A stretch of 64,000 nucleotides of DNA from Dehalococcoidia bacterium (GTDB lineage Bacteria; Chloroflexota; Dehalococcoidia; GIF9; UBA5629). The DNA lies in assembly GCA_050011565.1 (NCBI GenBank), contig JBEKIW010000002.1:160001-224000 (forward strand), given 5' to 3'. Below the pieces are notes generated by a model. The model had not been told where the DNA came from and ran no database searches. It worked only from the letters and a program-made list of their open reading frames with translations. A program made the position numbers and the translations under genes. Shown piece by piece: positions 18,541-29,015 of this stretch; position 1 is the first letter of the stretch; each line of letters opens with the position of its first letter.

Positions 18541-19269
18541 ATGAAAAAATTAATGTTGTACACCGTCATTACCGTAGCTCTGCTACTTATTTCAGTCGCG
18601 GCTTGCAGTCCGCCGGTCAGTCAGCCCGAGCAAGAGTTCTTCAACCGATGTGACCAGATGCGTAAAAATATAGAACAAGCGCAGGCTATCGCTTCAGAGC
18701 TACAGCACTTCGATTGGAAGGAGTTCGCAGCCATCGGTATATTATGCCCGCCGGGCGGAATATGCCCGGTGGGAAACTTGCCTATAGTGGAAAAGGCTTC
18801 AGTGGCTAAAGAGCTTGCAGACCGCGTGGTCCCTTTGCCCGAACGATTGCCATCGCCCGAGACAGCCGAAACCTACTCCGTGCAGTGCGCCAGCTGTTTG
18901 AAATTCACCATAGAGGTCTGTTCAAATAGCCCCTATAATGAATCACAAGCCAGTGCCGCGGGGTCGGAAAATATTACCGCTCAGTGGCAGCAGTTATGTG
19001 GTCAACTCCAATCAGCCTTACAGGGAGCTGAATATCTGGCTTCCAGAGACAAGACCATTGCCGCAGATTACACGTTCCCTCAACTGTTCGCTTATTTCAC
19101 TGCCTCTGAGGAAAAGGTAAAACAGAAGTATCTCGAAAAGTTTATCGCCAAATCTGACGAATACATTAGACTTCATGATGAGCTAATACAAAATATGCAG
19201 CAGGCCAAACAAACCGCATTAGACCTGTCTAACTGGCAATTCAGTCCTCAAGACACCTCAGCGCAATAA
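18541..19269 (+). CDS. Cys-rich lipoprotein, unknown function
   Basis: Lipobox VAAC; CPPGGICP, CASC; helical composition. Confidence 0.75.
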   Translation: MKKLMLYTVITVALLLISVAACSPPVSQPEQEFFNRCDQMRKNIEQAQAIASELQHFDWKEFAAIGILCPPGGICPVGNLPIVEKASVAKELADRVVPLPERLPSPETAETYSVQCASCLKFTIEVCSNSPYNESQASAAGSENITAQWQQLCGQLQSALQGAEYLASRDKTIAADYTFPQLFAYFTASEEKVKQKYLEKFIAKSDEYIRLHDELIQNMQQAKQTALDLSNWQFSPQDTSAQ

Positions 19270-19342
19270 ACACGGAAAAGGGGAAAATTCTCTTTTGCTT
19301 TTGTCGGGTATATAATTAAACAAATTGTTCAGAAGTCGTGAC

Positions 19343-20323
19343 ATGAAACATAAGCATATCCTCAATATTTTTTTACTTTTTAGCCTGGCCGTATTATCGG
19401 CCTGTTCGGTAATCTCCTGTCGCCCGGAACCGCCGTCTATTGTCCTTTTCTCTGCCACTCCTTCAGAAATCAATAGCGGAGCGTCATCGACCTTAAAATG
19501 GGGTGTGAAAGATGCTACCAGCGTGACTATAGACCAGGGTGTAGGCGAAGTTTCCGCCAACGGTTCAAAGGAGCTATCACCCTCTAAAACCACTGCTTAC
19601 ACCCTGACGGCTACTAACGCCGGCGGTACCGTCACCAGGTCGGTAGTCCTTTATGTTACGGAACCACCACCGACACCACCGCCACCAGTAGTTGATACCA
19701 CGCCACCGGTAATCAAAACCGTCTCAACTTCATCTGAAACTGAGACCAGCGCCGTCATAACCTGGACGACAAACGAGCCGGCGAGCAGCGACGTTGAGTA
19801 CGGTAAAGATGCCGACTACGGTTTAACCGCCTCCTCGGCTGAACTGACCACCGACCACAGCCTCACCTTAAGCGACCTCGCGCCTAATACCGCCTATCAC
19901 TTCCGGGTAAAGTCCAGTGATAAAGCCGGTAATCAAGCTTCATCCGCTGACAATATTTTTGTTACAGCACAAGAAAAATCACAGTACTCACTGGCACTTC
20001 TGTCACTGGAATGGGGAAGGAGAACAGAGTCCACGGATATCGGCATGGGGATCAGCCCGGTACAAGGTAAAAAGTATCTCTACATCAAGGGTACATTACA
20101 GAACAAGAGCCAGGCAACCCTGAGGGCAATAATATATACGATGAATTGTTGGAGCGGCAGTACAATTGTAAAATATGAAGTATACGTGTATCGCGGTCCT
20201 GCCTTACCGGGACAGGTTTTTTCATTTAATATAGAAACTGCCGATGACCCCACGGTTGACAATGTGACCATTGATTTCGCCGACTCGGTGGGCAGGGATA
20301 TCGTGGTTACCAAACAACAATAA
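19343..20323 (+). CDS. Lipoprotein with Ig/PKD-like and FN3-like domains
   Basis: Lipobox LSAC; YTLTATNAGG; WTTNEPASSDVEYG...YHFRVKSSD. Confidence 0.8.
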   Translation: MKHKHILNIFLLFSLAVLSACSVISCRPEPPSIVLFSATPSEINSGASSTLKWGVKDATSVTIDQGVGEVSANGSKELSPSKTTAYTLTATNAGGTVTRSVVLYVTEPPPTPPPPVVDTTPPVIKTVSTSSETETSAVITWTTNEPASSDVEYGKDADYGLTASSAELTTDHSLTLSDLAPNTAYHFRVKSSDKAGNQASSADNIFVTAQEKSQYSLALLSLEWGRRTESTDIGMGISPVQGKKYLYIKGTLQNKSQATLRAIIYTMNCWSGSTIVKYEVYVYRGPALPGQVFSFNIETADDPTVDNVTIDFADSVGRDIVVTKQQ

Positions 20324-20416
20324 AGAGATAACCGAAAGCCCAGCCTGTTTTAAACGCGCGCCATATGTCTGACCGGCATATCGTGTAAGCCAGCAGAAGA
20401 AGGAAAAAAGAGTTAC

Positions 20417-20743
20417 ATGAACGAAACAACGACGTTAATGTTACTTACCGCTTTAATACTCATTATTATATTCGTGCTACCCCAAATAATGTTGAGGCGT
20501 GCCATCTCTTCCGTAATACGTACCTTCCGGCAAAGTAAGGCCGTCGGTGCTCAGAATGCTAAGACGATTGATGAACTTGGGCTCAGACCGAAGAGCATGA
20601 TGCAGGCTATATTCCGGGGAACGCAGTATAAAACAACCGCTTTACTGGTGTTGAGGAATGCCGCTGTCATCGAGAGCACTGAAGACAGCAAGCTGTACCT
20701 TTCCGAGGAAAACCTTTCCCGTAGCCGATGGAGAGGACGCTGA
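20417..20743 (+). CDS. Hypothetical membrane-anchored protein
   Basis: N-terminal TM helix; RBS-like sequence upstream. Confidence 0.7.
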   Translation: MNETTTLMLLTALILIIIFVLPQIMLRRAISSVIRTFRQSKAVGAQNAKTIDELGLRPKSMMQAIFRGTQYKTTALLVLRNAAVIESTEDSKLYLSEENLSRSRWRGR

Positions 20744-20816
20744 CGCGACTATCCGATTCTCCAATCTGGCACGACATAGGTCTTAATAATAATGGCGTCG
20801 TCATGTCTGTTTTACG

Positions 20817-21956
20817 TTAGGCGAGCAGGCAGCGCGAGATGACCACCCGTTGTACCTGGTTGGTGCCCTCGTAAATCTGCGTTATCTTGGCATCCCGCAT
20901 CATCCTCTCCACCGGATGGTCTTTTATGTAGCCGTAGCCGCCCATAACCTGCACCGCATCGGTGGTCACCTTCATGGCCACGTCGGAAGCGAATGTCTTC
21001 GATATGGCCGACAGATAGGTGAGGTTTGGCACTTTGTTGTCGATAGCCGAAGCCGCCCGGTAGACGATGGCGCGCGCTGCCTCGACCTAAATAGCCATGT
21101 CGGCCAGCATGAACTGTACCGCCTGTAAGCTGGCGATGGGCGCATTGAACTGCACCCTTTCTTTAGCGTACTTGGTCACGTAGTCCAGCGCTCCCTGAGC
21201 TATGCCGGTTGCCTGGGCGCCTATCACCGGCCGGGTTCGGTCGAGCGTCATCATGGCATAGGTGAAGCCTCTGTTTGCCTCACCGAGCCGGTTCTCAACG
21301 GGCACGGGGCAGTTTTCGAAGATAAGCTCGGCTACCTGCGAACCGCGAATCCCCATCTTGTCCTCCATCTTGCCGATGGAAAAGCCGGGCGTTTTTCCGG
21401 GAACGATAAAGGCTGAGATACCGCGCACACCTTTCTCCGGGTCCGTCTTGGCGAAGATGGTATAGGTAATAGCCACGCCGCCGTTGGTAATAAAGCACTT
21501 GCCGCCATTGAGTATATACTTATCTCCCACTTGTTTAGCAGTAGTCTCCATGGCAGCGGCGTCGGAGCCGGCTTTCCGCTCGGTTAGTCCGAAAGCGAAC
21601 ATACCTTCTCCCTTAGCCAGTGGAGTCAGATGCTTAACCTTTTGCTCCGGACTTCCGGCAATTAGTATCGGCTCGGCCGCCAGCCAGCTCGAACCGACTA
21701 TGTTGGAGCAACTGGGGTCGACACGTGACATCTCCTCGGAAAAGATGCAGCAGGTTACCATATCTTTATCAACGCCGCCGCATTCCTTTGGCATATGCAA
21801 ACCGAACAGCTTGTTAGCCTTGAATATTTCGAAAATGTCCCAGGGGAACTCTCCCGTGCGGTCGATTTCCGCGGAGCGCGGCGCTACTTTTTCCTCGGCC
21901 AATTTGCGTATGGTCTGGCGGAACTTCTCCTGCTCCTCTGTCGTTATATATGGCAT
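20817..21956 (-). pseudogene. Acyl-CoA dehydrogenase interrupted by one in-frame TAG (21087-21089)
   Basis: LTERKAGSD, GGKCFITNG, KMGIRGS, ERVQF...MLADMAI*VEAAR...GGYGY...IYEGT all in one frame. Confidence 0.85.
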
Positions 21957-22131
21957 CGGCTTCTCCTTTCTGGAATTTATCATTGTATTTTCTTCTCCCT
22001 CTCCAGTCAATAGCACATAATGTTTACACGGCGATGTTTAGGATAGTACAATAGGGCTTTCCTGGCCGCGCTTTATTTTAGCGCTTAGATATTATTTATC
22101 GTAAACGAGTAACTAATTGGGAGGGTAGGAC

Positions 22132-23316
22132 ATGAAATTGGAATTCAACTATTTTATACCAACCAGGATTCTTTTCGGTGCCGGAAAGCTAAAAGAGCTG
22201 GCTAAGACGCCTTTTCTGCCGGGGAAGAAAGCTCTGATTGTGATTAGCTCGGGTGCTTCCATGAAAAGACACGGATATCTCGACCGGGCAATTAGCTATC
22301 TGGGCGAGCGCGGCACACAGTCAACCGTTTTCGACAAAATACTGCCTAATCCTGTAGCCGAACACGTCGCCGAAGGAGCGACACTGGCTAAACAGGAAGG
22401 ATGTGATTTCGTTATCGGCCTGGGCGGCGGCAGCAGCATCGATAGCGCCAAAAGTATAGCTTTCATGGCCAAAAATCCGGGTGAATACTGGGACTATCTC
22501 CGGACCGGGACCGGCAAGAAAATGCGCCCCTCGGGAGAGGCGCTGCCAATTGTAGCCATTCCCACTACCGCCGGTACTGGAACTGAAGCCAACCCCTGGA
22601 CGGTTATAACTAAAACCGAGACGAAAGAGAAAATCGGTTGGGGAGCTGATTACACCTTTCCTGCCCTGTCGATAGTTGACCCGGAGTTGATGACCAGTGT
22701 CCCCCCGCTACTGACTGCCTATCAAGGGATGGACGCCTTCTTCCACGCCGTCGAAGCCTACCTGTCCATTAGAAACAATCCGGCAAGCGATATGTATGCC
22801 CTTGACGCCATTGGATTAATCACGGAGTACCTACCCATAGCAGTAAAAGACGGCGGCAACATTGAAGCCCGCGCCGCGCTGGCCTGGGCCAGCACCGAAG
22901 CCGGCTTTGTGCAATCGCTTTCAACTCTGATATCGCATCACTCACTGGAACATGCCATCAGCGGGCATCATCCTGAAATTCCCCACGGCGCCGGCTTGAC
23001 CGCAACCTCGGTTGCTTATTTTAGCTGTCTGGCAGAACGCAATGTTTCCAGGCTTTCGGATATCGCCGGAAAGATGGGTGAGAATGTGAATCAATTATCG
23101 GGCGATAAAAAACCGTCTGCTTTTATCACCGCCTTGAAAAAGCTAATCAAAAAGATTGGATTGGAAAAAACAGATTTAGCCAGCTTCGGCGTCAAAAAAG
23201 AAGAGGCAGCCGTCATAGCCCAGAACTCGATGGATACAGGCGGCTTTCTATACTTAAGTAATCCGGTGCCACTGACTAAAGAAGACGTGGTAAAAATCTT
23301 CGAGAGTTGTTTTTAA
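22132..23316 (+). CDS. Iron-containing alcohol dehydrogenase
   Basis: GGGSSIDSAK, PTTAGTGTE, DAFFHAVE, HSLEH...HG. Confidence 0.92.
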   Translation: MKLEFNYFIPTRILFGAGKLKELAKTPFLPGKKALIVISSGASMKRHGYLDRAISYLGERGTQSTVFDKILPNPVAEHVAEGATLAKQEGCDFVIGLGGGSSIDSAKSIAFMAKNPGEYWDYLRTGTGKKMRPSGEALPIVAIPTTAGTGTEANPWTVITKTETKEKIGWGADYTFPALSIVDPELMTSVPPLLTAYQGMDAFFHAVEAYLSIRNNPASDMYALDAIGLITEYLPIAVKDGGNIEARAALAWASTEAGFVQSLSTLISHHSLEHAISGHHPEIPHGAGLTATSVAYFSCLAERNVSRLSDIAGKMGENVNQLSGDKKPSAFITALKKLIKKIGLEKTDLASFGVKKEEAAVIAQNSMDTGGFLYLSNPVPLTKEDVVKIFESCF

Positions 23317-23346
23317 ACTTGTAATCTTTTTTGGGGGGACTTACCT

Positions 23347-23745
23347 ATGCATCAAAATTCCACCGTCACTGAAAAAGAACCCACCGCAAATAACTCGGGG
23401 CAAGGTTTTCGTGTAGGCGATGCCCCGGAAGAAATTAAAGAATGGAACTGGGGAGCTTTCTTCCTCACCTGGATATGGGGCATAAGCAACCGGGTGTGGC
23501 TGGCACTTGTTGCCCTGGTACCGCTTCCGCTAGTGGGGTTGGCCATGGGGATACTTCTGGGAATTAAAGGCAATGAATGGGCCTGGCAGTGCAAGAAATG
23601 GGACAGCGTGGAGCAGTTCCGCCACAGACAGCGCATCTGGATGTACTGGGGCATCGCCGGCGCATTAGCGCCTTTTGTCTTTATTCTTGGCTGGATTCTG
23701 ATAATAGTTGGACTGCTCGGTTACTACGGCTACATTCACTTCTAG
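23347..23745 (+). CDS. Conserved membrane protein (WNWGAF motif)
   Basis: WNWGAFFLTWIWG...GIKGNEWAW. Confidence 0.75.
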   Translation: MHQNSTVTEKEPTANNSGQGFRVGDAPEEIKEWNWGAFFLTWIWGISNRVWLALVALVPLPLVGLAMGILLGIKGNEWAWQCKKWDSVEQFRHRQRIWMYWGIAGALAPFVFILGWILIIVGLLGYYGYIHF

Positions 23746-23773
23746 CAGGAGTAAAGCTAATCAAATCTATTAG

Positions 23774-24502
23774 ATGAGAATAGAAAATCTAATAAAAAAA
23801 CATATACCCGATGACGGCGAACATACATGGGGGTTCGCCGATTTAACCGGCCTGCTCCACCCCCGGTTCAAGGGATACAACTACGGAATAGTAATCGGGA
23901 AAAAACTGGACGATGGCATCGTCGACTCCGTGATTAACGGGCCGACGATGGAGTACTGCAACCAGTACATTGACACCAACCGTTATTTATCCGGCCTGGT
24001 GAAAGAGCTGGCGGATGAGCTAACGGCAGCGGGCATCAAGAGCCTCCCTATAAATGCGACACCAAACGAGATTGACCGCGCCGACGATTATGACCGGACA
24101 TTGAGAAACACCTTCTCTCATAAAATGGTCGCCACCCGGGCCGGACTGGGCTGGATAGGCAAGACTGACTTGTTCATATCGAAAAAATTCGGGCCCAGGT
24201 TAAGGCTGGCTTCCGTCCTGGTGGACTACCCGTTGAAACCCTTAAATCCACCAATAGACAAAAGCCGGTGCGGTAAATGCAACCTGTGCGTGGAAGCCTG
24301 CCCGGCAAAAGCCGCCAGCGGCAAACTGTGGAACATACACATAGACCGCGACCAGTTCTACAGCGCGGCTAAATGCAAGGAAACCGCCAATCGACTTACT
24401 CTGGAAAAAATCGGTAAGGATGAGCGCCTGTGCGGCATCTGCGTCGCCGTCTGCCCGGTCGGTAGGTTGCGCAAGGCAAGTGTTACAAAGGGAGGTAAAT
24501 AA
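23774..24502 (+). CDS. QueG/RdhA-superfamily 4Fe-4S double-cluster protein
   Basis: SHKMVATRAGLGWIGK...GPRLRL; CGKCNLCVEACP; C...CGICVAVCP. Confidence 0.82.
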   Translation: MRIENLIKKHIPDDGEHTWGFADLTGLLHPRFKGYNYGIVIGKKLDDGIVDSVINGPTMEYCNQYIDTNRYLSGLVKELADELTAAGIKSLPINATPNEIDRADDYDRTLRNTFSHKMVATRAGLGWIGKTDLFISKKFGPRLRLASVLVDYPLKPLNPPIDKSRCGKCNLCVEACPAKAASGKLWNIHIDRDQFYSAAKCKETANRLTLEKIGKDERLCGICVAVCPVGRLRKASVTKGGK

Positions 24503-25083
24503 TGTCTGAAAAGGTACGTTTCTATGACTGGTTTATTGACAACTGGGCCAAGGCAAGTCTACCTCTGGCCATAGTTCTGTTTCTTATCAGCCCGTTTGTT
24601 TACAAGGGCATCGGCCTAGCGGCTTTTCTGGTCTATCTTACCCTGCCGTTCTATATGCTCCACCAGTATGAGGAACACGCCGGCGGCCAGTTCAAGGCTT
24701 TCGTAAATAAAACCGTCGGCAGAGGTCGGGAAGTCCTGAGCGACAGAGCCATCTTCCGGGTAAACGTGCTGTGGGTATGGCTGGGTACCCTGGTTGTGCT
24801 CTACCTTTGCGTATACGTCAACATAGTCTGGGGTCTGCTTTCCGGATACCTGGTCGCCCTTAATGGAATAGTGCATATCGTTACCAGCATAAGGATGCGG
24901 AGATACAACCCGGGATTGTGGACGAGCGTGGTGGTCTTCCTGCCGCTGGGCATCTACATAATATACCTGATAAGTAAAATATCCGGCGCCGGCCTGCTCT
25001 ATAACGGCATATTTCTGGTCGTCACCATATTGCTGCACTCGATGATTTTACTCAACATTAGGCGACAGCGCAGACAGGCTTAA
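24502..25083 (+). CDS. HXXEE domain membrane protein
   Basis: HQYEEH and YNPGL motifs; TAATG coupling to the upstream gene. Confidence 0.85.
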   Translation: MSEKVRFYDWFIDNWAKASLPLAIVLFLISPFVYKGIGLAAFLVYLTLPFYMLHQYEEHAGGQFKAFVNKTVGRGREVLSDRAIFRVNVLWVWLGTLVVLYLCVYVNIVWGLLSGYLVALNGIVHIVTSIRMRRYNPGLWTSVVVFLPLGIYIIYLISKISGAGLLYNGIFLVVTILLHSMILLNIRRQRRQA

Positions 25084-25102
25084 CACGTTTCCTGGAAATC
25101 TC

Positions 25103-25130
25103 CGTAATACTTCCCCCGTTTATCCGTATA
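25103..25130 (+). promoter_or_regulatory. Candidate ECF-sigma promoter CGTAAT-N16-CGTATA
   Basis: Resembles the ECF -35/-10 pattern; upstream of an operon containing an ECF sigma. Confidence 0.45.
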
Positions 25131-25165
25131 TTACTGTAGACAAACGGATAAAAAGGAGGTTCGCC

Positions 25166-27001
25166 ATGAAAGGCTCAAACTCGCTGACCCATCGGATTGT
25201 TCCCCTTTTTCTCATCTTGATACTGCTGGCTACAGCACTGGCTTCGGCCTGCGCACCAAAAGCCGGAGCACCTGCTACTCCCCCGGTGCAGCAATACATA
25301 CCACCGGCACCATCTACCCAACCACCTGTTGGCGCACCTTCACCAGCCGCCGAAAGTGCGCCGCCATCTACATCTGCACCATCAGGCGGCTATCCGGCCA
25401 TTTCGCCAACCCCACCATCCGCTCCCAGCACGACCGCACCATCAATCACCTTCCCCTGGTCCAAGGGCTCGGACACCATAGGCTTTGCCGTGGGCGGCTC
25501 CAAGGACATCAACAACTTCCGGGAAAACATAAAGCACGGCTATTTGCCGCTGCCCTCCGACATGACCCCTGAAGGCCTGTACTACGGCTACTACTTCGAT
25601 ACCGGCCAGACCAAATCGTGCAACAAGCTCTATTGCCCGTCTTACAGCTACGCCGTCACCAGAGACCCCTTCTCCAATAAGACGGAGTACTACCTCTCCG
25701 TAGGTCTCAACTCGGGCATGAAGCAAAGCGATTTCGAGCGAAAGAAGCTGAACCTGGTTATCGTCCTCGATATCTCCGGCTCCATGTCATCGCCGTTCAA
25801 TTTCTACTACTACGACCAGTTCGGCAATCAGACGGAACTCCCCTGGGAAGAGCAGCACATGCAGAAAATCGAGGTGGCCAAGGACGCCGTCAGGTCAATA
25901 CTCGACCAGCTAAATGACGGCGACCGCTTCGGCATCGTGCTGTATAACAGCCAGTCGTACCTGCTCCAGCCCATGACACTGGTTAGCCGTGCCGACATGG
26001 AAGAGGTATACGACAGGATTTCCGAGGTACAGGCGGAAAGCAACACCAACCTATCCGCCGGCATGCTACTGGGCACCGACCTCCTGGAAAAATACAGCGA
26101 CGACGACCCGTACGATTATGAGAACCGCATTATCTTTCTCACCGATGCCATGCCCAACACCGGCGAAACCGGCGAATACAGCCTGCTCAACATGCTCAAA
26201 AACAACGCCGCTAATCATATGTACACCACCTTCATCGGCATCGGCGTCGACTTCAACACCGAGCTCATCGAATACATCACCAAGACCCGCGGCGCCAACT
26301 ACTACTCCGTACACTCACCTCATGAATTTATGGGTCGGGTGGACGATGAGTTCGACTACATGGTGACGCCGCTCGTTTTCAACCTCCGCCTGACCTTGGA
26401 CTCCGACGACTGGCAAATCGAACAGGTCTACGGCAGCCCCGAAGCTGACAAAGCTACCGGCGAATTGATGAAAGTAAACACGCTGTTCCCGTCCAAGAAA
26501 GTCGAGGGCGAGACCAAAGGCGGCCTGATACTGCTCAAGCTAAGGAATATAGGCGATGAGGGCGGCAGCCTCAGGCTCAAGACCAGCTATGAAGACCGCG
26601 CCGGTCGCGTGGACGGCAGCGAAACCAAAATCAATCTCACTGACGAGCGGCCGGAGTACTTTGAAAACAGCGGTATACGCAAGGGCGTGCTGCTTGCCCG
26701 CTACGCCGACCTCGTCCAGAACTGGCTCATCGATGAGCGGGAACACGCCAGCTGGAGCCGACCCTGGGAGCCGCGGGTAACTACGGAAGACGGCATCTGC
26801 GTACCGCCGTCCCAGCTAGGCCAATGGGAACGCACGTCGCTGCCGCTGACAGTGTCGTCGCCGTACCGCTCCCTGTTCCGCGACTTCAGCGTCTACTTCA
26901 GTAATGAGATAAACGAAATCGGAGATAACACAATGCTGCAGGAGCTCCAAATACTCCGACAGCTTGGCGGCGTGATTAGCTACGGCGGCTACGAAGACTA
27001 G
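25166..27001 (+). CDS. VWA-domain lipoprotein with Pro-rich linker
   Basis: Signal peptide ending ASAC; MIDAS motif DISGSM; IIFLTD; IGIGVDFN. Confidence 0.88.
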   Translation: MKGSNSLTHRIVPLFLILILLATALASACAPKAGAPATPPVQQYIPPAPSTQPPVGAPSPAAESAPPSTSAPSGGYPAISPTPPSAPSTTAPSITFPWSKGSDTIGFAVGGSKDINNFRENIKHGYLPLPSDMTPEGLYYGYYFDTGQTKSCNKLYCPSYSYAVTRDPFSNKTEYYLSVGLNSGMKQSDFERKKLNLVIVLDISGSMSSPFNFYYYDQFGNQTELPWEEQHMQKIEVAKDAVRSILDQLNDGDRFGIVLYNSQSYLLQPMTLVSRADMEEVYDRISEVQAESNTNLSAGMLLGTDLLEKYSDDDPYDYENRIIFLTDAMPNTGETGEYSLLNMLKNNAANHMYTTFIGIGVDFNTELIEYITKTRGANYYSVHSPHEFMGRVDDEFDYMVTPLVFNLRLTLDSDDWQIEQVYGSPEADKATGELMKVNTLFPSKKVEGETKGGLILLKLRNIGDEGGSLRLKTSYEDRAGRVDGSETKINLTDERPEYFENSGIRKGVLLARYADLVQNWLIDEREHASWSRPWEPRVTTEDGICVPPSQLGQWERTSLPLTVSSPYRSLFRDFSVYFSNEINEIGDNTMLQELQILRQLGGVISYGGYED

Positions 27002-27121
27002 CCCTCCTTTCTTAAGCTTCTGCCCGTCCTTTCTCAAGAGAAGGGGCGGGCAGTGGCCGGGTTGATTGAAATATCGAACGTGCTACAATGTTACAACGGA
27101 ATACCGAATCGAGAAAAGAGC

Positions 27122-27664
27122 GTGGCAGACAGCAATATTGCCCGGCACAATGGTATAAGCGGCTTTACCGCGTTGTATGAGGAGCACATGGCTTACGTTT
27201 TTCGCTATATTAACTATCGACTGGGCAACCGGAACGAAGCCGAAGACCTGACGTCGGTCGTTTTCGAGAAAGCGCTGGCTGCCTTCGACAGGTACGACCG
27301 GCGGAAGGCGGCGCCGCAGACCTGGCTGCTGAGCATCGCCCGCAACACGGTCACCGACCACTTGCGGAAATCATCTAAGAGGAAAACTATGCCGCTGGAT
27401 AACGCCCTCGGTGTCGAGTCGTTAGACCCCCCACCGCCGGAGGAGGCAGAGAGGCGGGAGGAATACCAGCGGCTGCAGTTCTGCCTGGCGGCGCTGCCGC
27501 AGCGCGAGCAGGAAATCATATCGCTCAAGTTCGGCGGCGAGCTAAATAACCGTCAGATTTCCTCGGTGGTCGGGCTATCTGAAAATAACGTGGGCACCAT
27601 AATATTCCGCGCCATTTACAAGCTGAGGAATTGCTTAAAGGACTGGTCGAATGAAAAAAGGTAA
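27122..27664 (+). CDS. ECF RNA polymerase sigma factor
   Basis: AEDLT..VFEK, WLLSIARN...DHLR, region 4 LPQREQEIISLKF; start uncertain (27053 or 27122). Confidence 0.9.
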   Translation: MADSNIARHNGISGFTALYEEHMAYVFRYINYRLGNRNEAEDLTSVVFEKALAAFDRYDRRKAAPQTWLLSIARNTVTDHLRKSSKRKTMPLDNALGVESLDPPPPEEAERREEYQRLQFCLAALPQREQEIISLKFGGELNNRQISSVVGLSENNVGTIIFRAIYKLRNCLKDWSNEKR

Positions 27665-29015
27665 GTCCACAGAAAAACTGTTTCTGGAATATCTGGACAG
27701 GTTGCTGGCGGGCGAGCAAATAACCGTCGGCGACGAGCTCAGCGATGAGGCGCGGGCAGCTCTTGAGCTCGCCCGGAAGATGCTGGCTTTTCGCGAAGAG
27801 CCTTCAGCCGCTTTCAGAGCCGACCTCAGAGACAGATTGTTGCGGCAGGTGGCCGAGAAACAGGCCGCGACCTACCCCTTGACAGAGAGAGAAGGATTCT
27901 GGGACCGGGTGGCTAACCTGTTCCCTCAGCGGGCAGTCATGATTGCCGTAACCAGCACGGCGCTGGTGGTGCTGCTGGCCTTCATCGGCGTTGTCTGGTA
28001 TTCCAGCAGATTTGCTGGGGCGCCACAGCAAGCCCTGGCTCCATCCGTCGCTAAATACTCGGTCAGGCTGCCGGCAAATATCGTCCCGGAAGGCATAACC
28101 TTCGAAGCTACAACACCGCTGACGACCAATCCAGGCCAGGCGGCGGTCTACCGGGTAAATAGCAGCCAGGTCACGGTTGCCTCCGTAACCGAGCTCGGCA
28201 GAAGGCTCGGCTTTACCGGCCAGGCCAGTCTTAGCCACGACGGGACGAAGATTGTCATGACTCAGGGAAGCGATGAAGAGGCCAGGCAGCTTACCGTCTG
28301 GACCGCTTCAGGAGCCGTTGAGTACGGGTACGTGGAACCCGAAAAGCTGTATCCATCCCAGCCGGCTCAGCTTCCGTCGCAGTCGGAGGCAGAGCTAATC
28401 GCCTATGACTTTTTGCAACAAGCTGATTTGCTACCGTCCGGATACCGCAGCCCGGCTCAGATAAAGGATGAAACAACCGTAGTCGCCGGCGGCGGCTACT
28501 CCGTCAGCCCGAAGTATGCCGCAGAAGCACCACCAGCCGCAGCGCCGGCTGCACCGTCGGCGTCATCGGGACCGGCGGAGCCAACCACACCCGCACCAAC
28601 CACACCGACCGCGCCGCAAGCACCCACCTACTGGCTGGTCGACTTACCGTATCAGGTTGACGGCGCCTCGGCTACGGGACCCGGCTCGAAAATCGAGGTC
28701 AGCGTCGGCGATAAAGGCGAGGTAGTTAAACTTGTCTGGTCGTGGAGGCAGATGTCACCGCTGGGCACGGACAATATCATATCCCAGCAGCAAGCCTATG
28801 AGGACCTCATCCAGGGCAAAGGCAGCCTCGATGTCCCTCTCGACTGCCGGAAGGTGGTCGTTGAGCAGGTCCAACTCAAATACTGGCTGGATCCGCCTTC
28901 CGAAAAGCAGGACTACGCCCTGCCCGTCTACGAGTTCACCGGAACGTGCCTCGATAAAAACGGCAAAACCCTAGAGGACTTCACCGGCTGGACACCGGCC
29001 CTGTCCAGCAACTGA
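27651..29015 (+). CDS. Probable membrane anti-sigma factor with large extracytoplasmic domain
   Basis: Overlaps the ECF gene; PSAAFRADLR; single TM helix. Confidence 0.72.
   Translation: MKKGKSTEKLFLEYLDRLLAGEQITVGDELSDEARAALELARKMLAFREEPSAAFRADLRDRLLRQVAEKQAATYPLTEREGFWDRVANLFPQRAVMIAVTSTALVVLLAFIGVVWYSSRFAGAPQQALAPSVAKYSVRLPANIVPEGITFEATTPLTTNPGQAAVYRVNSSQVTVASVTELGRRLGFTGQASLSHDGTKIVMTQGSDEEARQLTVWTASGAVEYGYVEPEKLYPSQPAQLPSQSEAELIAYDFLQQADLLPSGYRSPAQIKDETTVVAGGGYSVSPKYAAEAPPAAAPAAPSASSGPAEPTTPAPTTPTAPQAPTYWLVDLPYQVDGASATGPGSKIEVSVGDKGEVVKLVWSWRQMSPLGTDNIISQQQAYEDLIQGKGSLDVPLDCRKVVVEQVQLKYWLDPPSEKQDYALPVYEFTGTCLDKNGKTLEDFTGWTPALSSN

Noticed and set aside
23774-24502. Respiratory reductive dehalogenase (rdhA)
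   Set aside because: Too short, no Tat signal and no rdhB-type anchor
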